From an uncultured Actinomycetes bacterium (GTDB lineage: Bacteria; Actinomycetota; Actinomycetes; S36-B12): a stretch of 64,000 nucleotides of DNA. The notes beneath the pieces were generated by a model, which had not been told where the DNA came from, made no database searches, and saw only the letters and a program-made list of their open reading frames with translations. The stretch lies in NCBI GenBank assembly GCA_963777085.1, contig CAVZPI010000014.1, forward strand, positions 19,778-83,777, given 5' to 3'. Positions 52,962 to 63,131 of the stretch are shown here, piece after piece. The translations under genes and the position numbers were made by a program. The stretch's first letter is position 1. Each line of letters starts with the position of its first letter.

Positions 52962-55494
52962 TCACTCCGTGGTGATGGCGCGCAGGACGTTGAGCCGGCC
53001 GGCGCGGAACGCCGGCCAGAGCGCGGCGAACACTCCGACGACCCCGGCGACGACGAGGAAGCTGGCGAGCGCGACCCACGGGATGTCGAGCACACTGATG
53101 CCCTGGTCCACCAGCGTGCGCTGGAGCGCGACCGCGAACCACACTCCCAGGACGAGGCCGATGACGGCGCCATACACGGCGATGACCAGCGCCTCGAGCA
53201 CGACCATCGAGCGGATCTGGCGCCGCAGCGCGCCCACCGCGCGCAGCATGCCGATCTCGCGCGTCCGCTCGATCACGGACAGCACCAGGGTGTTGACGAT
53301 GCCGAGGATGGCGATGAGGATCGCCAGGCTCAGCAGCATGATCATCACGAGGAGCAGCTGATTGACGCTCGCGCTGATCTGCTGCTTGTACTCGGCCTGG
53401 CTCTGCACCTGCACGGTCGGATAGTCCGCCAGGGCGGTGGTGATGGCCGAATGCACCTGAGTCAGGTCGGCGCCTTCGGCCGCCTTGACGTACAGGACGG
53501 AGTCGCCGGAGTCGACGCCCGCCGCCGCGAGGGATCCGCTGTTGACGACGTAGCCGGTCAGCGATCCGGCCGGCTCGTAGATGCCGACCACGCGGTACTC
53601 CGCCGATCCCGTCGGCATGCGCACGGAGGCGAAGTCGCCCAGGGCCAGGCCTGCGTCGGTCGCCGTCTGCGAGTCCACGACGACGCCGTCGGGCCCCAGG
53701 TCCGCGAGTGCGCCGGACGTGAACGTGATGGACAGCATGGGGGCGAGCGTCTTCGGGTCGACTCCCGCCAGGGCCATGCCCTGGCCGTTGACCTCCGCCG
53801 GCACCAGCTTGATGGCCGACACGGTGGCCACGCCGCGCGCCGACGCCACGGCCTGCGCCACCGCGGCAGGGAACGGGCGCGCGGCCTGGTTGGAGACCAG
53901 GAACTCGGCTCCCAGGACGCGGTCGATCGTCTGCGTGATCGAGGAATTGGCCGATGCGGCGAAGATCGTCAGGGCGCTGACCAGTGCGAGCCCGATCATC
54001 AGGGCGGATGCGGTCGCTGCGGTCCGCCGCGGCTGGCGTGCCGCGTTGTCGACGGCGAGGCGTCCGGTCGATCCGAACAGCCGGGGGTAGGCGAAGCCGA
54101 GCGTGCGAACCATCGGTCCGGCGATCGCCGGGCTGAGCACGATGGCGCCGATCAGCGCGGCAGCCACGCCCAGGCCGACGTACTGCGAGCCGGTGCCGCC
54201 GCCGACGGCCGCGCCCGCGGTCATCGCGCCGAGACCGACCAGCAGGAGGAGGCCGCCGCTGATCGCGCGCAGCCGCAGGGATCGGGCCGGGAGGGCCACG
54301 TCCTCGCGCAGCGCGGCCATCGGGGGGATACGGGAGGCGCGCAGGGCCGGGGCGAAGGCGGCCACGACCGTGACCAGGACGCCGATCGCGAGCCCGACGA
54401 GCACCGTGCGCGGGAGCACCACGAGGCCCTCCGTCGGGATGTCGGCACCGATCGCCTTGAACAGCCCCTCCAGGCCGAAGGCCACGGCAACGCCGAGCAC
54501 CAGGCCAAGGACGGCGCCGACGAGGCCCACGATGACCGACTCCGCGATGAGCGAGCGGAGGACCTGGCCGCGCGTCGCACCCAGGGCCCGCAGGAGGGCC
54601 AGCTCGCGGCTGCGCTGCGCGACCAGCATCGAGAACGTGTTGAGGATGATGAAGGTGCCGACGAACAGGGCGATGCCAGCGAAGATGAGCAGGAAGATGT
54701 TGATGAACGACAGGCCCTCGGTGAGGTCGGCGGTGGCCTTGTCCGCGGCTTCCTGCCCGGTGCGGATGGTGACGTCCGGCGCCCACGACCTCGCGGATCC
54801 GGCCGGCCAGCTCCTCCTGGGTCGTGCCCTCGGCCGCCACCGCGTCGATCTCGGTGTAGGCGTCCTGGCCCCCGAGGAGAACCTGCTGTGCGAAGGGGGT
54901 GGCGAACGCGGCGATTGTCGCTCCGGCGAGGTTCCCGGACGTGCCGTACCGGAACACTCCCGACCAGGTCGGCCTCGAAGGCGCCCTGCGGCCCGATCAG
55001 CCGCACGGGTCGCCCACGGCATAGCCGGACTTCTCGGCGGACACGGAGTCGAGTGCCACCTCGCCGTCCGCGACAGGGCCGCGGCCGTCGATCAGGCGGT
55101 ATGGGCATGAGCGCCTCGTCGGCGTTCCAGTTGCTGCCGAACTGAGGCGCGTCCGCGTGCCGACAGCCTCGCCCGCGGTGTCGACGATCGTGACGCCGTC
55201 GGCGAACACCGCGCCGCCGGCCTAGGCGACACCGTCGACGGCCACGCTCGTCGAGCATCGCACCGGGCAGCGTAGGCGCATCGTGCCGGCGAAGTCGCCG
55301 GAGTCGCACGCCTCGCTGGGCGTGACCACGACGTCGCTGGTCGTCTGGGCGAACAGGTCGGTGAAGGTGCGGTTGAGCGTGTCGGTGAAGATCAGCGTGC
55401 CGACGACGAAGCCGACGCCGAGGATGATGGCCACGCCCGAGAGGACGAGGCGCAGCTTGTGGTGGCGCAGATTGCGCCAGGCGGTCCTCAGCAT
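52962..55494 (-). CDS. FtsX/MacB-like ABC exporter permease (frameshifts at 54780-55290)
   Basis: MLRTAWRNLRHHKLRL, NTFSMLVAQRSRELALLRALGA, RQPRRTAATASALMIG, ERTREIGMLRAVG. Confidence 0.88.
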
Positions 55495-55499
55495 CGCGA

Positions 55500-56281
55500 C
55501 TACGACCTTCCGACCCTTGCCGTCGAAGCCCTTCATCCGATCGAGGACCCGTTCCGCGGTGGGATCGTCCATGGTGTCGACGATGCGGCCGTCGGCGAGG
55601 AACAGCACGTGGTCGGCGTACGAGGCGGCGCGTCGGGTCGTGGGTGACCATGACGATGGTCTGGCCGAACTCGTCGACGCTGCGGCGCAGGAAGGACAGC
55701 ACCTCGGCGCCGGCCCGCGAGTCGAGGTTGCCGGTCGGCTCGTCGGCGAAGATGATCTGCCGGGCGGCTGGCCAGCGCGCGGGCCGCGGCCACGCGCTGC
55801 TGCTGGCCGCCGGACAGCTGGTTCGGGCGGCTGCGCAGCCGATCGCGCAGGCCGACGGTGTCGATGACCTGGTCGACCCAGGCCTGGTCGACCTTCGTGC
55901 CGGCGATGTCCATCGGCAGCGTGATGTTCTCCAGCGGCGGACAGCGTCGGGACGAGGTTGAACGCCTGGAAGACGAACCCGACCGCGTCGCGCCGCAGCC
56001 GGGTGAGCGTCGTTGTCCTTGAGCGTCGTCAGGTCGACGTCGCCGATGAAGACGGTGCCCGACGGTCGCCGAGTCGAGGCCGGCGCACACGTGCATGAGG
56101 GTCGACTTGCCCGGAGCCGGACGGCCCCATGATCGCCGTGAAGCGGCCGCGGTCGAAGTCGACGGTGACGTCGTCCAGGGCGAGCACCTGGGTGTCGCCG
56201 GTCGCCGTAGACCTTGGACAGGCCGACGGCACGGGCGGCTGGTCCGCTGGCGGAGGAAGGCGGGGAAACGGCGGTGCTCAC
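55500..56281 (-). CDS. ABC exporter ATP-binding protein, LolD/MacB-like (several frameshifts)
   Basis: Pieced across frames: [58 protein letters not shown]. Confidence 0.85.
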
Positions 56282-56382
56282 GATGACTCCTTGTGGGTCT
56301 GTGGGTCGATGGGGCAGATCGCTCGCGCTGTTCAAAGTACTGACTCCTGACGTGGGGAGCGAGCCGCGGTAGCCTGCGACCT

Positions 56383-57243
56383 GTGCTCGCCCATGTGATC
56401 GCGACGCGATACGTGACGCCGCTTCGCGAGGGCGGCTCGCTTCCCGGCCTCATGGAGGCCGACGATCTGGGCACCTATGTCGTGAAGTTCCTCGGGGCGG
56501 GACAGGGCCGCAAGGCGCTGGTCGCCGAGGTCGTCGCAGCGGGGCTCGCCCGCGGGCTCGGGCTGCCGGTTCCCGACCTTGTCACCGTGGACGTCGATCC
56601 GGTGCTTGCGGCCGGTGAGCCGGACCAGGAGGTCCAGGACCTCCTGCGTGCCAGCGCCGGGCTCAACCTGGGCATCGACTTCCTGCCCGGAGCCCTCGAC
56701 TTCGATCCCGTGGCCTTCCCCGTGGATGCTGCCACGGCCGGTCGCGTGCTGTGGTTCGACGCCGTGGTCGGCAACGTCGATCGCTCGTACCGCAACCCGA
56801 ACCTGTTGCAGTGGCGCGGCTTGTGGCTCATCGATCACGGCGCGACGCTGTCGTTCCACCACCGCTGGGCGACGGCGGAGTCCTACGACGTGCGGCCGTA
56901 CGACGCCGCCGACCATGCGCTGGTCGGCAGCGGGCCCGACGTGCTCTTGGCCGACGCCGAGCTCGGACCGCTGCTGACCGACGAGCTGATCGAGTCTGCC
57001 GTAGCCGACGTGCCGGCGGAGTGGCTCGCGGACGAGCCTGGCTTCGAGGATGCGGACGGCGTCCGTGTGGCCTACGCCCACCGGATCGCCGGTCGTCTCG
57101 CGGCGCGCCCGGTCTGGCTCCCGGCGCTCGCCGATTCGGCCGCGCGTCGAGGAGCCGGCCGGGCATCGGCGAGACCGGTGGATCGCCGGCCGGGCTGGCT
57201 GCGGGGGCCCAGCGGGCCGCCGGTCGGTGGTGCGCCGCGATGA
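56383..57243 (+). CDS. HipA-like kinase
   Basis: YVTPLREGGSLP, YVVKF.GAGQG.KAL.AE, NVDRS.RNPNL, LIDHG. Confidence 0.85.
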   Translation: MLAHVIATRYVTPLREGGSLPGLMEADDLGTYVVKFLGAGQGRKALVAEVVAAGLARGLGLPVPDLVTVDVDPVLAAGEPDQEVQDLLRASAGLNLGIDFLPGALDFDPVAFPVDAATAGRVLWFDAVVGNVDRSYRNPNLLQWRGLWLIDHGATLSFHHRWATAESYDVRPYDAADHALVGSGPDVLLADAELGPLLTDELIESAVADVPAEWLADEPGFEDADGVRVAYAHRIAGRLAARPVWLPALADSAARRGAGRASARPVDRRPGWLRGPSGPPVGGAPR

Positions 57244-57623
57244 GCGCCCAGCGGCACTCCTTCGAGTACGCCGTCCTGCGCGTCGTGCCCAGGGTGGATC
57301 GCGGTGAGTCGATGAACGTCGGCGTCCTGCTCTACTGCCGGCCCCTCGACTACCTGGGTGCGCAGGTCCTGCTCGATCGCGAGCGGCTGGCGGCCCTCGA
57401 CCCGTTCGCGGACCCCGACGAGGTGGAACGGGCGGTCGCGTCGGCGGCCGACTGCACGCTGCGGGGCGAGGACGACATCGGACGTCGCTTCCGCTGGCTC
57501 ACGGCGCCCAGGAGCACGGTCGTGCAACCCGGTCCGGTGCACACCGGCCTGACCGTCGACCCCGAGGCGGAGACGCAGCGGCTGTTCCGCCTGCTCGCGC
57601 TGCCCCTGATGCCGCCGGAGTGA
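57240..57623 (+). CDS. DUF3037 domain protein
   Basis: FEYAVLRVVPRVDRGESMNVG, RFRWLTAPRSTVVQPGPVHTG. ATGA overlap with the kinase. Confidence 0.85.
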   Translation: MSAQRHSFEYAVLRVVPRVDRGESMNVGVLLYCRPLDYLGAQVLLDRERLAALDPFADPDEVERAVASAADCTLRGEDDIGRRFRWLTAPRSTVVQPGPVHTGLTVDPEAETQRLFRLLALPLMPPE

Positions 57624-57637
57624 CGGTCGGACCCTGC

Positions 57638-57868
57638 TCACGAGTCCGCCGCAAGGTCGTCGTGCGGCTCCAGGGCGCGGTCGGAACGGCGCTGTGCGAG
57701 CAGCGACCCGGCCAGGCCGGCGAGGCCGAGCGCGACAAGGGCGATCGGGAAGGCGTATCGCGCCTCGAGCCTGATGTCCGTGTACGCGCCGACGACGTAG
57801 GCGGCGGCGAGGCCGGTGAACAGCAGGCCCGCGATGCATGAGAGCAGGTCGAACGGATGCCTACGCAC
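57638..57868 (-). CDS. Small membrane protein downstream of the PspC gene
   Basis: MRRHPFDLLS..AGLLF, 2 TM segments, translationally coupled to the upstream gene. Confidence 0.75.
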   Translation of the reverse strand: MRRHPFDLLSCIAGLLFTGLAAAYVVGAYTDIRLEARYAFPIALVALGLAGLAGSLLAQRRSDRALEPHDDLAADS

Positions 57869-59190
57869 GGGAGACCTCCAGGGTTCCGATGGTGGCGTCG
57901 ACGATGAGGTCGACGGTGGGTGAGGTGTCGGTGACCGCTCCGGGGAGCTCGGCGGTCACGCGGAGGTTCTGGCCGCTCCTGCGAGGGAGGCCCTCGATGC
58001 CGATCTCGCCGGTCTGGACCGTCGCAATGACGTTGACCCTCATGCCTTCCGGCACGGTGACGAGCAGCTCCCCGACGCCGACGGATGCGCGGACGGGGTA
58101 GTCGATGGTCGTGCCGGCCGGCAGGACCAGGTCCGAGAGGTCAAGTCGCGCCGAACCGAGGCCCAGTCGGTGGTTGGCCGCGGCGGCGGCGGGTGTCGTC
58201 GGGGTCCACGTCCGCTCGCCTATCCCTCCGCCGAGGCGCACGTTCGCGGGGAAGAAGGCGGCCACAGCGGTGATGAGGAGCAGTGGCAGGGCGAGGGCGA
58301 TGAGCCAGCGGGCCCGTCCGGCGAACGAGCCGACGAGCAGCCCCAGGCCGAGCACGCCGAGTCCCGCGGCGAGCACCACGACAGCCGGGATGTCCGCGGC
58401 GCCCGACATCGCGAGCGCGCCGAGCACGCCCATCGTCATGACCGACAGGCTCAGGGCCGCCAGGCCCAGGTAGGAGCGCGGCCGGGGAGCCGGTGGCGGT
58501 GTGGGCGCGGGCACGGGGGCCACGTACCCGGGGTATCCGCCGTACCCGCCGTATGCGTAGCCCGTCGCGTCGTGGGCGGCGGTGTCCGGCGTGGCCGCGG
58601 CCGTGTCGGTTGCGAGCGGGGCGACAACCCCCTCGGGGGAGGGTGAGGACGGGACGACGGTGTCGGCTGCTGGCGCCGGGGCGGTGCCGGCCGCCGGCGC
58701 GGACGGGGTCGACGACGCGATCCACGTGGCGGTGCCGCTTGGCGGCCGGTTCACCAGCCACAGCACGAGGCCGCCGGCACCGAGCAGGAGCAGCCAGCCG
58801 CCCCCGCCCCAGGCGCCGCCCCACGGGCCTGAGCCGACGATGCCGCCCGAGCACGATGATGCCGACGACAACGCCGATCACGATGAGGATCGTGCGCCTC
58901 GTGGAGTGGGGCTCGCGGGTGCGGTCGATGAGCTTCTCCGCCTCGCTCTTGGGCTGGTCCTCGTCGGGGATGAACAGCCAGCCGACGGCGTAGAGCAGCA
59001 GGCCGCTTCCGCCGAACAGGGCGAGGACGACGAGCACGACCCGGACGATGACGGGGTCGATGCCCAGCCAGCGCGCGAGGCCACCGGCCACGCCGCCGAG
59101 CACCCGGTCGGTGCGGCTGCGGCGCAGGGGTGGACGTGCTGCCGGTGGGAGGGATGGGGGAGTGGGGACGGTTCCGGTGCTCTCGTTCAT
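57861..59190 (-). CDS. PspC-domain membrane protein, EsrI-like (frameshift near 58850)
   Basis: LRRSRTDRVLGGVAGGLA..LGIDPVIVR..GLLLY..GWLFIP, then a LiaF-like C-terminus G...LDL...VG.GEL...VP. Confidence 0.85.
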
Positions 59191-59224
59191 GGCTCCAGCC
59201 TGCCGCGCGTGGCCCGTCCGCACA

Positions 59225-59286
59225 TCGGGGAGCAACCCTGAATCGACCCTGATCCTGACCCGGAGCATTCCGGGGGTCGTCCCTGA
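59225..59286. promoter_or_regulatory. Two NarL-type inverted-repeat boxes between the divergent PspC genes
   Basis: TCGGGG-N5-CCCTGA at 59225-59241, CCGGGG-N5-CCCTGA at 59270-59286, and an extra CCCTGA half-site at 59247. Confidence 0.65.
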
Positions 59287-59321
59287 TGCGCGCGGACGTG
59301 CCGAACCGGGATGATCGGGTC

Positions 59322-60556
59322 GTGAGGATTCCCGTGGCACCTGCGCGTGCCACCCGGACGACGTCGGGTCGGATCGTGGCCGGCGTTGCCCGCGGACTGG
59401 CCGATCACCTGCACCTGCCGGTGTGGGTCGCCCGTGTCGCCTTCGTCGTGCTAGCGCTGGCGGGCGGCGTCGGGCTCGTGCTCTATGCCGCCTTCTGGGC
59501 CGTCCTGCCGCTCGCGCCGGCCGAGGGTGATGATGATCCGGGGGATGCCTCGCAGGAACGTGGCGCCGACGTCACGAGGCTGCTGGCCCTGGCCGCACTT
59601 GTCATCGGCGGCGCGCTGCTGCTCCCCGCCCTGGGCGTCGACATCATCGGCGGCGCGGTCGTACCGATCGTCGTCGCCCTCGTCGGCGCTGCCCTGGTGT
59701 GGCAGCAGGCGGACGACGACCAGCGAGCCGAGTGGTCCGCGACCGCCGCGCGTGCCGCCCGGCAGACGGCCGGCTCGACCGCTCAGGCGGGCAGCTGGCG
59801 CATCGTCGTCGGGGTCGGCCTCGTCCTGCTCGGGCTCGTGGGCATCCTGGTGAGCCGCACCGGCGCGGCCGAGGCGGCGACCGCCCTCGCGACCGCGCTG
59901 CTCCTCATCGGCGGTGTTGGCCTGGTGGTCTTCCCGTGGGTCTACCGTCGCTGGCGCGAGCAGGGGGATCAGCGTCGTGCCCTCATCCGGTCGGAGGAGC
60001 GCGCGGACATCGCCGCGCATGTGCACGACTCGGTACTGCAGACGCTGACGCTCATCCAGCGCAACGCTGCCGACCCTCGCGAGGTGACCAGGCTCGCGCG
60101 CACCGAGGAGCGGGCGCTCGCGCTCGTGGCTCTATGCGCCGGAGGGGGATCCTGCCAAGACGTTCGCCGCGAGGCTGCAACGCGATGCGGCCGAGGTCGA
60201 GTCCTCCTACGCGGCAACCCTGGACGTCGTCACCGTCGGCGACGCGCCGATCGACCTGACGCTTGCCGCCCTGCTCGCCGCGACCCGGGAGGCGATGGTC
60301 AACGCCGCCAAGCACGGTGGCGGTTCGGCTTCGGTATACGCCGAGATCGAGGACGAGTATCGCCGAGGTCTTCGTACGCGACCGGGGTCCCGGCTTCGAA
60401 TTCGCCGACCGATTCCTGAGGACCGGCACGGCCTGCGCGACTCGGTCATCAGCCGGATGGAGCGGGCCGGTGGGACGCGCGGAGGTCGTCAGCACGGTCG
60501 GATCGGGCACCGAGATCCGGATGCGGATCGACCGAGGCACCGGGGAGGCGACGTGA
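59322..60556 (+). CDS. PspC-domain sensor histidine kinase, EsrS-like (frameshifts at 60120-60480)
   Basis: GRIVAGVARGLA.HL (PspC), ERADIAAHVHDSVLQTL.LIQ (H box), REAMVNAAKH, VRDRGPGF, GLRDSVI.RMER, GTEI. Confidence 0.85.
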
Positions 60557-61191
60557 CGCAGAGGCTGCGGGTCGTGCTCGTCGACGACCACGCCATGGTG
60601 AGGTCGGGCGTCCGCGCCGAGATCGGTGACGATGTCGACATCGTGGGGGAGGCCGCCGACGTGCCTGAGGCCGTCCGGGTCATCCTCGCGACGAGACCAG
60701 ACGTGGTGCTGCTCGACGTGCACCTGCCCGGTGGCGATGGTCGCTCCGTCCTCGACGCCTGCGTGGAGCAGGTGCCGGAGACGCGGTTCCTCGCGCTGTC
60801 GGTCAGCGATGCGCCCGAGGACGTCGGCGCCGTCGTCCGGGGCGGCGCGCGCGGCTACGTCACGAAGGCCATCACCGGTCCGGAACTGCTCGACGCGGTG
60901 CGCCGCATCGCCGATGGCGACGCGGTGTTCTCGCCGCGGCTGGCCGGCTTCGTGCTGGATGCCTTCACCGGAGGCGTGGCCGAGAGCGACGAGGAGCTGG
61001 ACCGCCTCACTCCGCGCGAACGCGAGGTGATGCGGCTGATCGCCCGCGGGTACACCTACCGCGAGGTGGCCGCCGAGCTGGTGCTGTCGGTGAAGACGGT
61101 CGAGACGCATGTGTCGGCCGTGCTCCGCAAGCTGCAGCTGTCGGATCGGCACGAGCTGACGAAGTGGGCGTCGGCGCGACGCCTCGTGTGA
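60553..61191 (+). CDS. NarL/LuxR-family response regulator, EsrR-like
   Basis: VLVDDH, VLLDVHLPGG, GARGYVTK, LTPREREVMRLIARGY, SVKTVETHVS. Confidence 0.93.
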   Translation: MTQRLRVVLVDDHAMVRSGVRAEIGDDVDIVGEAADVPEAVRVILATRPDVVLLDVHLPGGDGRSVLDACVEQVPETRFLALSVSDAPEDVGAVVRGGARGYVTKAITGPELLDAVRRIADGDAVFSPRLAGFVLDAFTGGVAESDEELDRLTPREREVMRLIARGYTYREVAAELVLSVKTVETHVSAVLRKLQLSDRHELTKWASARRLV

Positions 61192-61232
61192 GGCGTTTGA
61201 GGAGCGCGGGCAGGTCGGACCATAATGCCCGC

Positions 61233-61826
61233 ATGAGCGCTGGCGTGCGGCGAATGCGCCCCGACGAGCGGGACCGGGTGCTGGCGACGCTGACCGCGGC
61301 CTTCCGCGAGGACCCCCAGGTGCGCTGGTGGTTCCCGGACGACGACAGCTTCGATGCTTCAGCGCAGCACTTCTTCGGCGCCCTGCTGGACATGCGTGCC
61401 GAGGGCGGCGAGGTCTGGGTGGCCGGGGGCGGTGATGCGGTCGCCATGTGGACGCCACCGGGTGGGAACCTGCTCGGGCCCGAGGGCGCGGACGCCCACT
61501 ACGCGGCGATGGCCCTCCACCTTCCTGCCCAGGCCGTCCGTCGTATCGATCGCCTCGACGAGGGGGTCGCTGCCCTGCTGCCCGACGAGCCGCACTGGTA
61601 TCTCGGCGTGCTGGCGACGAGCCCGCAGCGGCGCGGCGAAGGGCTGGCGACCGGGGTGCTGTCCCCGGTTCTCGGCAATGCTGACCGCGGCGGATTCCCG
61701 GTCGCGCTGGAGACCGGCGGCTGGTCGAATATCGCCTTCTACGGCCGATTCGGCTTCGAGGTCGTGGGTGAGGCCGGAATCGAGGATGCGCCACCCGTCT
61801 GGGTCCTGCACCGTTCGCCGCGCTGA
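61233..61826 (+). CDS. GNAT N-acetyltransferase
   Basis: AF.EDP, PHWYLGVLAT.P.RRGEGLA, LET...NIAFY.RFGFEV. CATAAT 6 bp before the ATG suggests a leaderless transcript. Confidence 0.88.
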   Translation: MSAGVRRMRPDERDRVLATLTAAFREDPQVRWWFPDDDSFDASAQHFFGALLDMRAEGGEVWVAGGGDAVAMWTPPGGNLLGPEGADAHYAAMALHLPAQAVRRIDRLDEGVAALLPDEPHWYLGVLATSPQRRGEGLATGVLSPVLGNADRGGFPVALETGGWSNIAFYGRFGFEVVGEAGIEDAPPVWVLHRSPR

Positions 61827-61874
61827 CTGTCCCCGCGGCCAACCCGACGGCCGGGCGCATGACAGGGTGACCAC

Positions 61875-63107
61875 ATGCGAACCGCCCGGAACGTCCTGCT
61901 GGTCGTCCTGACCCTCGTGCTGCTGGTCGTCATCGGCGTGGTCGTCAAGGTGGTTGCGGGCGACGTCGAGACCGACCATCGTCAGGAGGCCCTTGCACCG
62001 TTCTACACGCCGCCGGTCCCCCTGCCGCAGGAGCTCGGGACCGTCATCCGAAGCGAGCCTTTGGACGTCAGCGTTCCGGGCGCCGACGCGTACCGGCTGC
62101 TGTACGTGTCCGAGACCGCTGATGGCACGCGGGCTGCCTCGGGCGCGATGATCTTCATCCCGACGGCGCCCGCGCCCGAGGGCGGCCGGCCCATCGTCGC
62201 CTGGGCGCACGGCACGGTCGGCCAGGGGGATGCGTGCGCACCCTCCCGCTCGGCAAATGCCTTGCAGGATACCGACAATTGGCTCGACCAGATGATGTCG
62301 CTCGGTTGGATCGTCGTGGCGACCGATTACGTCGGGCTGGGCACTCCTGGGATCAACAACTACCTGGTGGCGCAGGACGAGGCCCGTGATGTGGTCAACT
62401 CGGTCCGGGCAGCGCGTGCCTTTCCCGGCGCCGATGCCGGCACCCGCTGGGTTGTCTGGGGCCACTCGCAGGGCGGGCACGCGTCGCTGTGGACCGGTCA
62501 CCTCGCCGGTGAACTCGCACCCGAACTGACCCTGCTGGGCGCCGCCGCCGCCGCGCCCGCGGCGAACCTGGTCCCGATCATGCGAGCGCAATGGCCCACC
62601 ACGATCGGCTGGGTCATCGGACCGGAGGTCGCCGTGTCGTGGCCGGCCTCCTATGGGGGGATGCCGCTCGACGGCGTGCTTTCGGATGCCGGCCTGGACA
62701 ACTACGAGAAGCTCGCCGCGCAGTGCACCAAGGCGGCCGGCGTGGAGGGTCTCGTGCGCGGCCAGTTCGGCCAGACCTTCTTCGAGGCCGATCCATCGGC
62801 GCAGCCGCAGTGGCGAGCGGTCACCGAGGAGCAGTCGGTACCCCCGATGCCGGCGGGCATGCCGGTCTACGTCGCCCAGGGCACGGCCGACGAGGTCGTC
62901 CTGCCCGGTCCCAACGCGCTGCTCCAGGACAGGTGGTGTGCCGCCGGATCGACGCTGACGATGCTGTGGATGGGCGGGATCGGGCATGTGGCCGCCGCGA
63001 CGACAGCCGGTCCGGACGTCGTGCCGTGGATCGCCGACCGTTTCGCCGGCCGGCCCGCCGGACGCACCTGCGTCACGCCGCCGCCCGTCCCGGCCTCTGT
63101 TCCCTGA
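61875..63107 (+). CDS. Secretory lipase (LIP family alpha/beta hydrolase)
   Basis: WAHGTVG, CAPS, ATDYVGLG, WGHSQGG, QGTADEVV, GH. Confidence 0.88.
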   Translation: MRTARNVLLVVLTLVLLVVIGVVVKVVAGDVETDHRQEALAPFYTPPVPLPQELGTVIRSEPLDVSVPGADAYRLLYVSETADGTRAASGAMIFIPTAPAPEGGRPIVAWAHGTVGQGDACAPSRSANALQDTDNWLDQMMSLGWIVVATDYVGLGTPGINNYLVAQDEARDVVNSVRAARAFPGADAGTRWVVWGHSQGGHASLWTGHLAGELAPELTLLGAAAAAPAANLVPIMRAQWPTTIGWVIGPEVAVSWPASYGGMPLDGVLSDAGLDNYEKLAAQCTKAAGVEGLVRGQFGQTFFEADPSAQPQWRAVTEEQSVPPMPAGMPVYVAQGTADEVVLPGPNALLQDRWCAAGSTLTMLWMGGIGHVAAATTAGPDVVPWIADRFAGRPAGRTCVTPPPVPASVP

Positions 63108-63131
63108 TCGGACCGGTCGTCCGGGCCTTCG

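Noticed and set aside
55222-55608. Apparent ATPase-permease fusion (MacB-like) in the ORF track
   Set aside because: The read-through lies in a frameshift-dense region and a TAG is available in an adjacent frame at 55500-55502. Two separate genes are more likely.
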